Below are positions 1 through 7,230 of a stretch of 55,591 nucleotides of DNA, in pieces. The notes under the pieces are model-generated. The model was not told the DNA's origin. It searched no databases and was given only the letters and a program-made list of their open reading frames with translations. This stretch comes from a virus: positions 1-55,591 of IMG/VR virus record IMGVR_UViG_3300032237_001108; one strand, given 5' to 3'. Position numbers and translations under genes: made by a program. Numbering within the stretch: position 1 is the stretch's first letter; each line of letters opens with the position of its first letter.

Positions 1-123
1 AGCACGAGATTGAGCGCGGTGAGGCTGATCGCGGCGCCCGTGGAGGCGATTCCCAGGGCGATCAGCGCCGCTCCGGTGTCCTTCACGGGCTTGGGCAGTG
101 CCGACACGGCGCCCACGGCAGCG
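1..123. repeat. Terminal overlap copy A (identical to 55469-55591); signature of a circularly closed genome
   Basis: Read directly: bases 1-123 (agcacgagattgagcgcggtgagg...gcccacggcagcg) recur exactly at 55469-55591, giving a unit length of 55468 bp. Confidence 0.95.
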
Positions 124-1523
124 TTGGCCGCCTGCACGAGGGGCCGGAGGCCTGCCGCCATCACTCCGCCGATGTTGTTGCGCAAGGAATCCATGGTGCC
201 GGTGAGCTGCTGCAGCTCCAGGCCCATCCCGACCATGGCATAGCGGGCGGTGTCGGTGGCTCCCTTGCTGTTGCGCAGGTCGCTGAACATCTTGGTGATG
301 GCCGAGTTGCTCTGGTTCGTGACCGCCAGGAACTTGGATCCAGCCTCATCGCCAAATAGCACGTTCGCCAACTGCACCTGATCGGCCTGGTTGAGCTTCT
401 CCAGGCCGCTCTTGAGCCGCAGAAACACCTGTTCGAGGGGGAGCAGCTTGCCGCTGGAATCCGTCACGGTGGTTCCGAGCTGGCTCATCACCTTTTGCAG
501 CCGCTCCTGACCGCGCACCAGGCCGAGCACCTCAGGCGTTGCGCCTCCGGCGGCCTGCTGCAGCTTCTGCAGACCCGTGCGAAGGCCCGTGCCGGCCACG
601 CTGCCCTGAATGCCTGCGTTGGCCATCAAGCCGGCGGCAGCGGCCACATCTTCCAGGCTCACCCCCAGCGCCTTGGCGATCGGCGCGGTGTACTCGAAGG
701 TGTAGCCGAGGCCTTCAATCGAGGCGTTGGAGCTATTGGCCGTGTTCACCAGCACGTCCACCACGCGGGCGGTCTGATCCACCTCCAGGCCAAACCCCCG
801 CAGGGTGTTGCCCACGATGTTCCCGAAGCTCTCGAAGCCGGTTCCCGTGGCCTCGGCGCCCCGGACCACGCCAGCCAGGGCTCCCTCAACCTCTGACACG
901 CTGAAACCGGCCCGCACAAGGCTGGTGGCCAGCTCCGCCACCTGTTTCGTGGTGCCGGCCGCATCGATGCCCACCTTGTCCACGATCTGGCTGAGGCGCT
1001 GGTAACCGCCCGCTTCCCCCGCGGCGGCGGCAGCCAGGCGCAGCTCACCGTCCAACTCCAGGAACCCCTGAACCAGCCCTTTCACGCTGCCCAGGGCGCT
1101 GCCGGCGGCGTCGGTGAGCTTGCTGGTCAGGCTGACGGCCACGCCGGTAACGGCGGCCTCCAGCAGGTTCATGCTGCGAGTCCCCTCGCGGCTGATTTCG
1201 CCTAGGGCCGACCGGAGGCGGCCGAGCCCCTGAACGGCATCATCAAAGCCCTTGTTCGCCTGCTGGAGTTGGCGAATCGCGTCATCAGAGAGGAACTTGC
1301 CCTGCTGATCACGGAAGCGGAGATCCTGACGGCTGAATTGAACCCCTACCTCTTTGGCGGCCTTCTCTGCCTGCGCTACGAGGTCTTCAAATGCCTTCTT
1401 CGCCTCACCGCTGAGCCGATTGCCGAAGTCCCGGCCGACCTTGCCGCCGGCCGCCTCAAGGGCACGGGCCAGCTCCGCCTCGTTCTCCAGCAGGAGGGCC
1501 AGCGATACCTGAAGGTCTGCCAC
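1..1523 (-). CDS. Tail tape measure protein, N-terminal part (gene crosses the junction and continues 55468->52960; about 1343 aa in total)
   Basis: Absent from the ORF track because it runs off the left edge. The minus strand, hand-translated from GTG at 1523 (in-frame TAG at 1541-1539 just upstream), is open to base 1. It is in frame with ORF 52960..55584 through the overlap. The stretch ...TKQVAELATSLVRAGFSVSEVEGALAGVVRGAEATG...NSSNASIEGLGYTFEYTAPIAKALGVSLEDVAAAAGLMANAGIQGSVAGTGLRTGLQKL looks like the TP901-type tape-measure core. Confidence 0.85.
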   Translation of the reverse strand, partial: MADLQVSLALLLENEAELARALEAAGGKVGRDFGNRLSGEAKKAFEDLVAQAEKAAKEVGVQFSRQDLRFRDQQGKFLSDDAIRQLQQANKGFDDAVQGLGRLRSALGEISREGTRSMNLLEAAVTGVAVSLTSKLTDAAGSALGSVKGLVQGFLELDGELRLAAAAAGEAGGYQRLSQIVDKVGIDAAGTTKQVAELATSLVRAGFSVSEVEGALAGVVRGAEATGTGFESFGNIVGNTLRGFGLEVDQTARVVDVLVNTANSSNASIEGLGYTFEYTAPIAKALGVSLEDVAAAAGLMANAGIQGSVAGTGLRTGLQKLQQAAGGATPEVLGLVRGQERLQKVMSQLGTTVTDSSGKLLPLEQVFLRLKSGLEKLNQADQVQLANVLFGDEAGSKFLAVTNQSNSAITKMFSDLRNSKGATDTARYAMVGMGLELQQLTGTMDSLRNNIGGVMAAGLRPLVQAANAAVGAVSALPKPVKDTGAALIALGIASTGAAISLTALNLV

Positions 1524-1548
1524 CCGAGCCGCGCCGCGCTACTGCCTG

Positions 1549-1558
1549 AGTTTTCCCG
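1549..1558 (-). promoter_or_regulatory. Motif I copy 1 (CGGGAAAACT)
   Basis: Exact 10-mer on the minus strand, 25 nt upstream of the tape-measure GTG at 1523; followed by CAGGCAGTAG. Confidence 0.6.
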
Positions 1559-1561
1559 CCG

Positions 1562-2002
1562 TCACCCCTTCTGCAGCACCGCCACCGGACAGGTCCAGGT
1601 GACCGTGTGCTGCTGCAGGCCAGAGGTCAAGCCATCAATGGTCACGCCTGAGGCGTTGGCCCCCGGCAGGAGCTGCAGGAGGCGGTTCACCACGGCGAGT
1701 TGATTGCAGGCGCCCCCGGCGGTTGGGGGCTCCCACTGGGTCACGGACAGGCGGAAGGTGGGCCGTGTGTCCTGCTCGCCGGTTTCGCAGACGGTGACGG
1801 CGGTTCCCACGAGGTTCCGCCACACCACGACCTCCACCCCTGCGGGCTGCGTGATGGGCTCGATCGCTTCCTTTGGCCAGAAGTGGGCCAGGGCCGGCCG
1901 GGTGGTGCCATCGGCCAGCACGTGGATCCCCAGGAGCGCCAGCAGGGTGGCGTCGGCGGCCAGGCGGTCGAACAGGGCCAGGGTGGTGGTGGGGAGGGGC
2001 AT
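1562..2002 (-). CDS. Virion protein, possibly tail terminator/completion (DUF3168-like)
   Basis: 146 aa. The N-terminus MPLPTTTLALFDRLAADATLLALLG resembles neck/tail-completion proteins. It lies directly upstream of the tape measure, and its start sits in the CTAACCCATG context. Confidence 0.5.
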   Translation of the reverse strand: MPLPTTTLALFDRLAADATLLALLGIHVLADGTTRPALAHFWPKEAIEPITQPAGVEVVVWRNLVGTAVTVCETGEQDTRPTFRLSVTQWEPPTAGGACNQLAVVNRLLQLLPGANASGVTIDGLTSGLQQHTVTWTCPVAVLQKG

Positions 2003-2018
2003 GGGTTAGCGGCGGTGA

Positions 2019-4223
2019 TCAATAGAGTCGTGTGCGTGGGGCGCGATAGCCTTTCCTGCCTTTTCGACTGCTAGGAATGAACCCTTCATTTCGATAGGCA
2101 TAGGCTGCTTGGGCGATTTGAAGCGACCTTTCAGCTTTACGAATACCTCCCGCAGGCGTGTTCCCGCCAATTCGGCTATTAACTATCCTGGCCGCTGTGT
2201 CCTCTCGGCGGCTGGCGCGGGCGTTCCCACGGCCAGCCTTGCTGCTTGCCTCGCGGCTTGCCTGCTGAAACAGATTGACCTTCATTGCGGTTGGCTTAGG
2301 CGGCCTGGCGCCTTTTGCCTTCACCCCCCTCCGCGCCGCCAACACCCCCGGCTTCATCCCCCGCGGCTTGCGCACGGTCCCGGCGGGGCGCTTGGCGCGA
2401 GTCTGAGGGCTGGGCTGTGACGCTTTGGCCGTCAGCCTTGGCGCCTTGAGAGTCAGCCCACTCACGCTATCGGGGCCGGGGTTCTTGACTGTGCTGTAGC
2501 GCCTTTGTTTGCCTGGATTATCCATGGCATACCTGGCGCGAACCGCTGTGGTGATTGAGTTGTATGTGCGCCTGCGGATTGCCGCTGTTCTTGAAGTGCG
2601 GCGGCCACCGTTTGCCGCAACCCGCTGGGCCTCTGCTTTATCCCGCCTCAGCAGGATGTTATCGGGAGAAAGCGCCTTGCCAACACGGCTCCTGCCGCTC
2701 GCCATCCGCGCCTGACGTGTTGCCGCAGGCTTGGGCTTGGCTGCAGAGCGACTGCGAAGGATCGTGCCGGGGCGGGACTTGTTTGCCGCGCCACGCGAAG
2801 CCCATGCAGCGTTGCTCTTTTTTACCGCTGCCTTTCCGGTCTTGTTTCTGTTGCGCATCCAAGTGGCGTATTCCTTCTGAAGTCGCCGATACTCGGCTAC
2901 TTTTTCAGGGCTGGCCTTGGCAATGTTGGCATCCCGTACCTTTGAACCGCCAAAAAAGTTTTTAGGGTTGTACGGTTGCGCTGTGTATGGATACTTTGCC
3001 GCTTCTTTGCTTGCGGCGGCTGACTTTTTCCCGAGGGATCTGTATGTGGCCTGAGGGGTCGCGACCTTGATCCGCTTAGCCGCTGCCTTCTTGGCAGCCG
3101 CCTTAGCTGCCTTCGCGGCGGCCTTTGCCGTGTTGTCCTTGATTTTGGCGATCCGCTTGCGCAGCACCTCGGGGTTGCTGGTTCTGGTCAGCCTTGATTT
3201 CGTCTTGGTCTTGGGGTCAACCTTCCCGGCGTAAATCTGCTGGGCACGCCTGGCGACGGTTGCGCTACGGCTGGCCTTGCTACCTGGGCCGTCCGCCTCC
3301 CGAGCCCACGCGACCAGTTCATTGCGGCCTGCTCGCTGGCTTCTTGCGAGCTGCCTTTGCTGCTGCCTGGCGCGGGGCGAATCAGCAGGGGCCTTGGGCA
3401 CCGCGGCGGAGCGCCTGCGCTCCATGTTCCTAAGCACGGCTGCCGCCGAGTTGGCCATGCGCCTTGATCCTGCGTCGGCCCCTTGAAGATCCCTGTTGCG
3501 GTCGCGGGCGTTGCTTCTGGCGGCGAGGTAGGCCCGCTGTGCCTTGTTTGTGGGCTTCTTGGATGGCCGCTGCGGTTGCTGCTTGGCTGCCCCACCCTTC
3601 TGCGGTTTGTTGTTATCAACAACCTGCTTACGACGCGCCGCCAGCGCCTTCTTGTCCATGGATCCGGTAAGCGGCGAGAATGCAGCCTTTCGCCTTGGCA
3701 TGGAGCCGCTGTAATAGCTCTGTGCCCCCTTGGCGACCGCATAGCCAACCCCGGCCCTTGTCCTGAGCCCGGTCCCTCTCATCGCCGGGCCCTGGAGCCG
3801 CTTCTCGTTCGCCTGCGCTCGTTGCATGGCTCGCTGTTGCTGTCCAGGGCGAGCACGGGAGAGGCCTGCCGCTTTCCGCCCCCCAACCGCCCGCACCGCC
3901 GCCAGACTCCGCGCCACGCTCCCGCGCACACCCCGGCCGCCCTTGGCGATCGTGCCCGAGCGGAACCCCGCCGGCCGCATGGAAGCGATCTGCGTTGCCC
4001 GGCGGTTGCCGCCTGCCGTCTTGAGCCTGCCGCCGCGCACCGTGGCCCCATTCCGCCCGATCCCGCTGATCCGCCCCGCGTTGTCCCGGTTCAGCCGGTT
4101 GCCTGCCCGCATGGCTGCCCGCCGCGTTGCAGGGGTGCTCCGTTTGGGGCCCCCACCACCGGGCGAACTGGCGAACCGGCCGCGGTTGTCGCGGGTGTAG
4201 CTGGTGCGGCGACCTCGGTGCAT
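2019..4223 (-). CDS. Arginine-rich paralog ARP-1 (734 aa), polycationic low-complexity protein
   Basis: Start moved to ATG 4223 (MHRGRRTSYTRDNRGRFASSPGGGGPKRSTPATRRAAMRAGNRLNRDNAGRISGIGRNGATVRGGRLKTAGGN), which aligns with four paralogs. Motif I lies 28 nt upstream. Contains a histone-H1-like tract AKAAAKAAKAAAKKAAAK (about 3070-3135) and the hinge RPAGTVRKPRGMKPGVLAAR (about 2341-2390). Confidence 0.7.
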   Translation of the reverse strand: MHRGRRTSYTRDNRGRFASSPGGGGPKRSTPATRRAAMRAGNRLNRDNAGRISGIGRNGATVRGGRLKTAGGNRRATQIASMRPAGFRSGTIAKGGRGVRGSVARSLAAVRAVGGRKAAGLSRARPGQQQRAMQRAQANEKRLQGPAMRGTGLRTRAGVGYAVAKGAQSYYSGSMPRRKAAFSPLTGSMDKKALAARRKQVVDNNKPQKGGAAKQQPQRPSKKPTNKAQRAYLAARSNARDRNRDLQGADAGSRRMANSAAAVLRNMERRRSAAVPKAPADSPRARQQQRQLARSQRAGRNELVAWAREADGPGSKASRSATVARRAQQIYAGKVDPKTKTKSRLTRTSNPEVLRKRIAKIKDNTAKAAAKAAKAAAKKAAAKRIKVATPQATYRSLGKKSAAASKEAAKYPYTAQPYNPKNFFGGSKVRDANIAKASPEKVAEYRRLQKEYATWMRNRNKTGKAAVKKSNAAWASRGAANKSRPGTILRSRSAAKPKPAATRQARMASGRSRVGKALSPDNILLRRDKAEAQRVAANGGRRTSRTAAIRRRTYNSITTAVRARYAMDNPGKQRRYSTVKNPGPDSVSGLTLKAPRLTAKASQPSPQTRAKRPAGTVRKPRGMKPGVLAARRGVKAKGARPPKPTAMKVNLFQQASREASSKAGRGNARASRREDTAARIVNSRIGGNTPAGGIRKAERSLQIAQAAYAYRNEGFIPSSRKGRKGYRAPRTRLY

Positions 4224-4251
4224 GGCGGTTTGGCGGTGAATCCTCTGCGGC

Positions 4252-4261
4252 AGTTTTCCCG
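4252..4261 (-). promoter_or_regulatory. Motif I copy 2 (CGGGAAAACT)
   Basis: Exact 10-mer, 28 nt upstream of ATG 4223 (ARP-1), in the divergent gap facing nblA. Confidence 0.6.
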
Positions 4262-4329
4262 TCAGCCCAGCCACGCACCCCCGAACCCTCCCGCGTGCCT
4301 GTCTGGATCGGAATAGCTAACCTCAGGCC

Positions 4330-4548
4330 ATGCCAGCCCCCGATCCTGTCGCCGGTTTTCTCCCTGCGGACCCCGCGGGGATGGAGCTCAGTGCCGCGCA
4401 AGCCTTCGAGGTAGAGCGCCACAGCCGCCTGCTGGACGAAATCAGCGACGTGCAGACGCTCCGCAACTTCGCGAAGCTCCTGCTGCAGTCCTGGTACGCC
4501 CAGAAGGCGGCCACGGCCTGGGCCATCCGCCAGGGGATGCGGCGATGA
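4330..4548 (+). CDS. nblA: NblA-like phycobilisome degradation protein
   Basis: 72 aa. ELSAAQAFEVERHSRLLDEISDVQTLRNFAKLLLQSWYAQKAATAWAIRQG aligns by eye with cyanobacterial NblA as I recall it (LS.EQ.F.L......V.DIS.E.L..LF...........IRQG). Confidence 0.65.
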   Translation: MPAPDPVAGFLPADPAGMELSAAQAFEVERHSRLLDEISDVQTLRNFAKLLLQSWYAQKAATAWAIRQGMRR

Positions 4549-4709
4549 CTTGCGGCCTGATTCGCCTGATCTGCGAGGAGCCCTTGAGCCCCCCGCCCGG
4601 CCAGGAGGGTCGGTCGCTTGTGGTTGACATTGCCCCCGAACAGGTCGCTGCCGAGGTGGCTCGGCTGCAGGGCGAGGGCTGGCAAGTCGTCTCCGAATGG
4701 GCCCTCTGA
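4545..4709 (+). CDS. Hypothetical 54-aa protein
   Basis: Below the ORF-track cutoff. MTCGLIRLICEEPLSPPPGQEGRSLVVDIAPEQVAAEVARLQGEGWQVVSEWAL. It has an ATGA overlap with the nblA stop and a TGATG overlap with the endolysin start, so it is translationally coupled on both sides. Confidence 0.45.
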   Translation: MTCGLIRLICEEPLSPPPGQEGRSLVVDIAPEQVAAEVARLQGEGWQVVSEWAL

Positions 4710-5782
4710 TGAGCACCAATCCACCCGATCCCCAGTGGCTCGCCCCGGCCCGGCAGATCGTCGCGCAATTCGAGGGCTGCGTGCTTACCGCCTACCCCGA
4801 TCCCGGCAGCGGCGGCGACCCGTGGACGATCGGCTACGGGCACACGGGGCCCGAGGTGGTGGCCGGCGCCACGATCTCTCAGGCGGTCGCCGAAGAGCTG
4901 CTGGCAGAAGACTTGCGCCTCAGTGCTGCCGACGTGTTCCAGCTCCTGCCGATGGCCGGGGGCTGGACCGCGAAGCGGCAGGCGGCCCTGATCTCGTTCA
5001 CCTTCAACGTGGGCGCCAAGGGCCTGGAGTTCTCCACTCTGCGGCGGCGGTTGCTGGCCGGCGAGGATGCCGACGCTGTGGTGAAGGCTGAGCTGCCCCG
5101 CTGGAGCAAGGCCGGCAGCCGGGTCATGGAGGGGCTGGTGCGGCGCCGGGCGGCAGAGGTGGCCCTGTTCTTGGCCGGTGCTTCTGCCCCTGTCACGACC
5201 GCCACGCCCCCGCGTCCGCCCGGTGGCGCAGCTCCCGATGGCCCGCCGATCTGGCCGCCGGGGATGGTGGGCCCGAAGATCCGCCCCAGCCTTAAGCCCG
5301 GTGATCACCACCTGATCGCCAACGACGTGAACGAGACGCTCACGGCCTGGAGCCATGACGGGCGCCGGCTGTGGCGGATCCCCTGCCTGTGCCGGGGGCA
5401 GGGGGGTGAGGCCGAATGGAACCGCCCGAGCACGGACACGCCGCCGGGCCTCTACCGGATCAACCCGAAGGGCATCTATCGCGACTACGAGCAGGATCCG
5501 GCCGCCAACTTCACCCCCGATCGCCGTGCCTATGGCTGGTATTCGTTCGATCTGGAAGGCCTGGAAGGGCAGGAGGGGCCCACCAGCAAGCCGTACCGCG
5601 ACGGGATCATGTGCCACGGCGGCGGGTCGGCCTGCGGCTGGCCGGGGGCCTGGAACCCGCGGCAGCAGCTCTACCCGACCCAGGGGTGCATCCGCCTGGC
5701 GAATCAGGATCTGCGCGATCGGATCCTGCCCCTGCTCGATCTGGGGACCGTGTGGATCAGCGTCCTGCAGGAGGCTGCATGA
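4709..5782 (+). CDS. Endolysin: GH24 lysozyme domain fused to an L,D-transpeptidase-like (YkuD) domain
   Basis: N-terminal QFEGCVLTAYPDPGSGGDPWTIGYGHT is the T4/lambda-type lysozyme motif. C-terminal ...GIMCHGGGSACGW...YPTQGCIRLANQDL fits the YkuD His...(S/T)xGC(I/V)R catalytic pattern. Start set to ATG 4709 (MSTNPPD). Confidence 0.85.
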   Translation: MSTNPPDPQWLAPARQIVAQFEGCVLTAYPDPGSGGDPWTIGYGHTGPEVVAGATISQAVAEELLAEDLRLSAADVFQLLPMAGGWTAKRQAALISFTFNVGAKGLEFSTLRRRLLAGEDADAVVKAELPRWSKAGSRVMEGLVRRRAAEVALFLAGASAPVTTATPPRPPGGAAPDGPPIWPPGMVGPKIRPSLKPGDHHLIANDVNETLTAWSHDGRRLWRIPCLCRGQGGEAEWNRPSTDTPPGLYRINPKGIYRDYEQDPAANFTPDRRAYGWYSFDLEGLEGQEGPTSKPYRDGIMCHGGGSACGWPGAWNPRQQLYPTQGCIRLANQDLRDRILPLLDLGTVWISVLQEAA

Positions 5783-6117
5783 GCGCGGCCTTGGAGCGCG
5801 TGCGAACGCAGCTTGATGCCCTGCAGCAGGAGATGGAGGCCGTGGCTGCCGTGGCGGCCGAGGTGGAGACGGTGCAGCACAACTGCGCCGCGGCGATGGA
5901 AGCGGCCTATGGCGATGCGGCTCGCCGCTGCGAGGCCGACCGCGAGCAACTCATCCAGCAGGGCCGGGATCTGGAGCGGCAGCGAATCCTCCTGCTGGTG
6001 TCCCTCGTCAGCGAGAGCGTCAAAGAGGGCGGCAGCAACGCCATCGCCCTGGCGACGCTCCGGCGGATGATCGTGGGGGATGAGCCGTCTTCAGGGTCCG
6101 ATCAACCCGTGTCCTGA
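5779..6117 (+). CDS. Hypothetical coiled-coil protein (112 aa)
   Basis: ATGA overlap with the endolysin stop. MSAALERVRTQLDALQQEMEAVAAVAAEVETV... No transmembrane segment seen. Confidence 0.55.
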   Translation: MSAALERVRTQLDALQQEMEAVAAVAAEVETVQHNCAAAMEAAYGDAARRCEADREQLIQQGRDLERQRILLLVSLVSESVKEGGSNAIALATLRRMIVGDEPSSGSDQPVS

Positions 6118-6147
6118 TCTACACTCCCTGTCGGGATGCTTCATCAC

Positions 6148-6181
6148 AAGCCCAGGGATCCGAGAGCCCCTGGGCTTTTTC
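6148..6181 (+). terminator. Rho-independent terminator closing the nblA-endolysin cassette
   Basis: AAGCCCAGGG-atccgagag-CCCCTGGGCTT followed by TTTT. Confidence 0.7.
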
Positions 6182-6184
6182 GTG

Positions 6185-6355
6185 GCTACTCGTCCCCAAC
6201 CTCTCGCCCCTGGCTGATCAGTAGGGACCGATAGGCCTCCATCAGCCGCTGAAGGTTGCGATGCACCACGCAGGAGCCGCCGGAGCAGATGCGCCATAGG
6301 CGCTGCCCCGGTCGGCTGTCTGCGGTCACCACATGCAGGAGGCCGTCAACGTCCA
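6185..6355 (-). CDS. Hypothetical 56-aa protein
   Basis: GTG start 7 nt after the stop of 6362..7213. MDVDGLLHVVTADSRPGQRLWRICSGGSCVVHRNLQRLMEAYRSLLISQGREVGDE. It ends just before the hairpin at 6148-6181. Confidence 0.3.
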
Positions 6356-6361
6356 CCGTGA

Positions 6362-7213
6362 TCAGGCGTTATCGAAGATCGTGTAGGCCTGGCCCAGAAC
6401 CATGAGGCTGGCGCCGTACTTGACCAGAGCACCCGCGTCTCCTTCCTCCTGCTTGGACGAGATACGGCCGTAGCAGAGCTTTTTCTCCGTGGTGCCCCCA
6501 GGTCCGACCCGCAGGTATTTCACGGCCAGCTTCTCGGCGACACCGAACTGGCGCATGACTTCCATGATCTTGTGGTCCACGGACTTGTGAACCGTGAGCC
6601 CCTTGAAGGCAATGCTGCTGTCGGTGTTGATGCCAATGGAGATGGAGGCGCCGCGGGTCACCTGATCGTGAGTGATCACCTTCTCATCGCCCATCTGGGT
6701 TTGCAGGGGTGCGCCGGTGACGTTCATCAGCATGATCGGCTTGCCAGTGCCATCCAAGGGGTAAACGCCCGTGGTGACCGTGCCGGTGTCAACTGCGCTG
6801 GTGATGTTGCTGCCGGTGAGGTCGTAGGTGAAGGTCGTTGTGGTGGGGGCGGCCTTCACGGTGAACGTGCCGTTCACGGCGGTGGCCGTGGTCGCTGCGA
6901 CCGTCACCCTGTCGGCAACGGCCAGGCCATGGGCGGTGCTGGTGGTGATCGTCACCACGTTGGAGGCAAGTGCAACGTTGGTGATCGTCTTGGTGGAGCT
7001 GTTCACCAAGATTTGGAAGGTCGAGGACGATCCGGTGGTGCTCACGCTGCCGGTGCCGCTGATCGCGTTGGCGGTGTTCAGCCAGGCGCTGAGGTTGGCG
7101 CCATTGTTGGCGGCGGCAGTGGCAGCATCCTCCAGAACGACCGATGCGAACCGCATCGGGACGAGGTAGTGCTGAACGTCCAGCGCGGCGGCGTAATCGA
7201 TCGTGGAGGGCAT
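6362..7213 (-). CDS. Virion structural protein (candidate major tail/tube protein with inserted Thr/Ser-rich beta domain)
   Basis: 283 aa. The central ITTSTAHGLAVADRVTVAATTATAVNGTFTVKAAPTTTTFTYDL looks like a phage structural beta-sandwich insert. Has its own motif I copy. Function inferred from position only. Confidence 0.5.
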   Translation of the reverse strand: MPSTIDYAAALDVQHYLVPMRFASVVLEDAATAAANNGANLSAWLNTANAISGTGSVSTTGSSSTFQILVNSSTKTITNVALASNVVTITTSTAHGLAVADRVTVAATTATAVNGTFTVKAAPTTTTFTYDLTGSNITSAVDTGTVTTGVYPLDGTGKPIMLMNVTGAPLQTQMGDEKVITHDQVTRGASISIGINTDSSIAFKGLTVHKSVDHKIMEVMRQFGVAEKLAVKYLRVGPGGTTEKKLCYGRISSKQEEGDAGALVKYGASLMVLGQAYTIFDNA

Positions 7214-7230
7214 GGCCTGGGGTGGGTTCT

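Noticed and set aside
1-123. The end duplication interpreted as functional direct terminal repeats or LTR-like ends of a mobile element
   Set aside because: The duplicated 123 bp lie in frame in the middle of a single tape-measure coding sequence. This fits an assembly or circularisation overlap rather than element termini.
4442-5617. 391-aa minus-strand ORF antisense to the endolysin gene (also 3628..4719, 363 aa, crossing the divergent gap)
   Set aside because: The opposite strand carries an unmistakable lysozyme/YkuD protein. The antisense product is Arg/Pro/Gly-rich shadow sequence typical of high-GC DNA. The 3628..4719 ORF would read through the ARP-1 start, the motif I copy and nblA.
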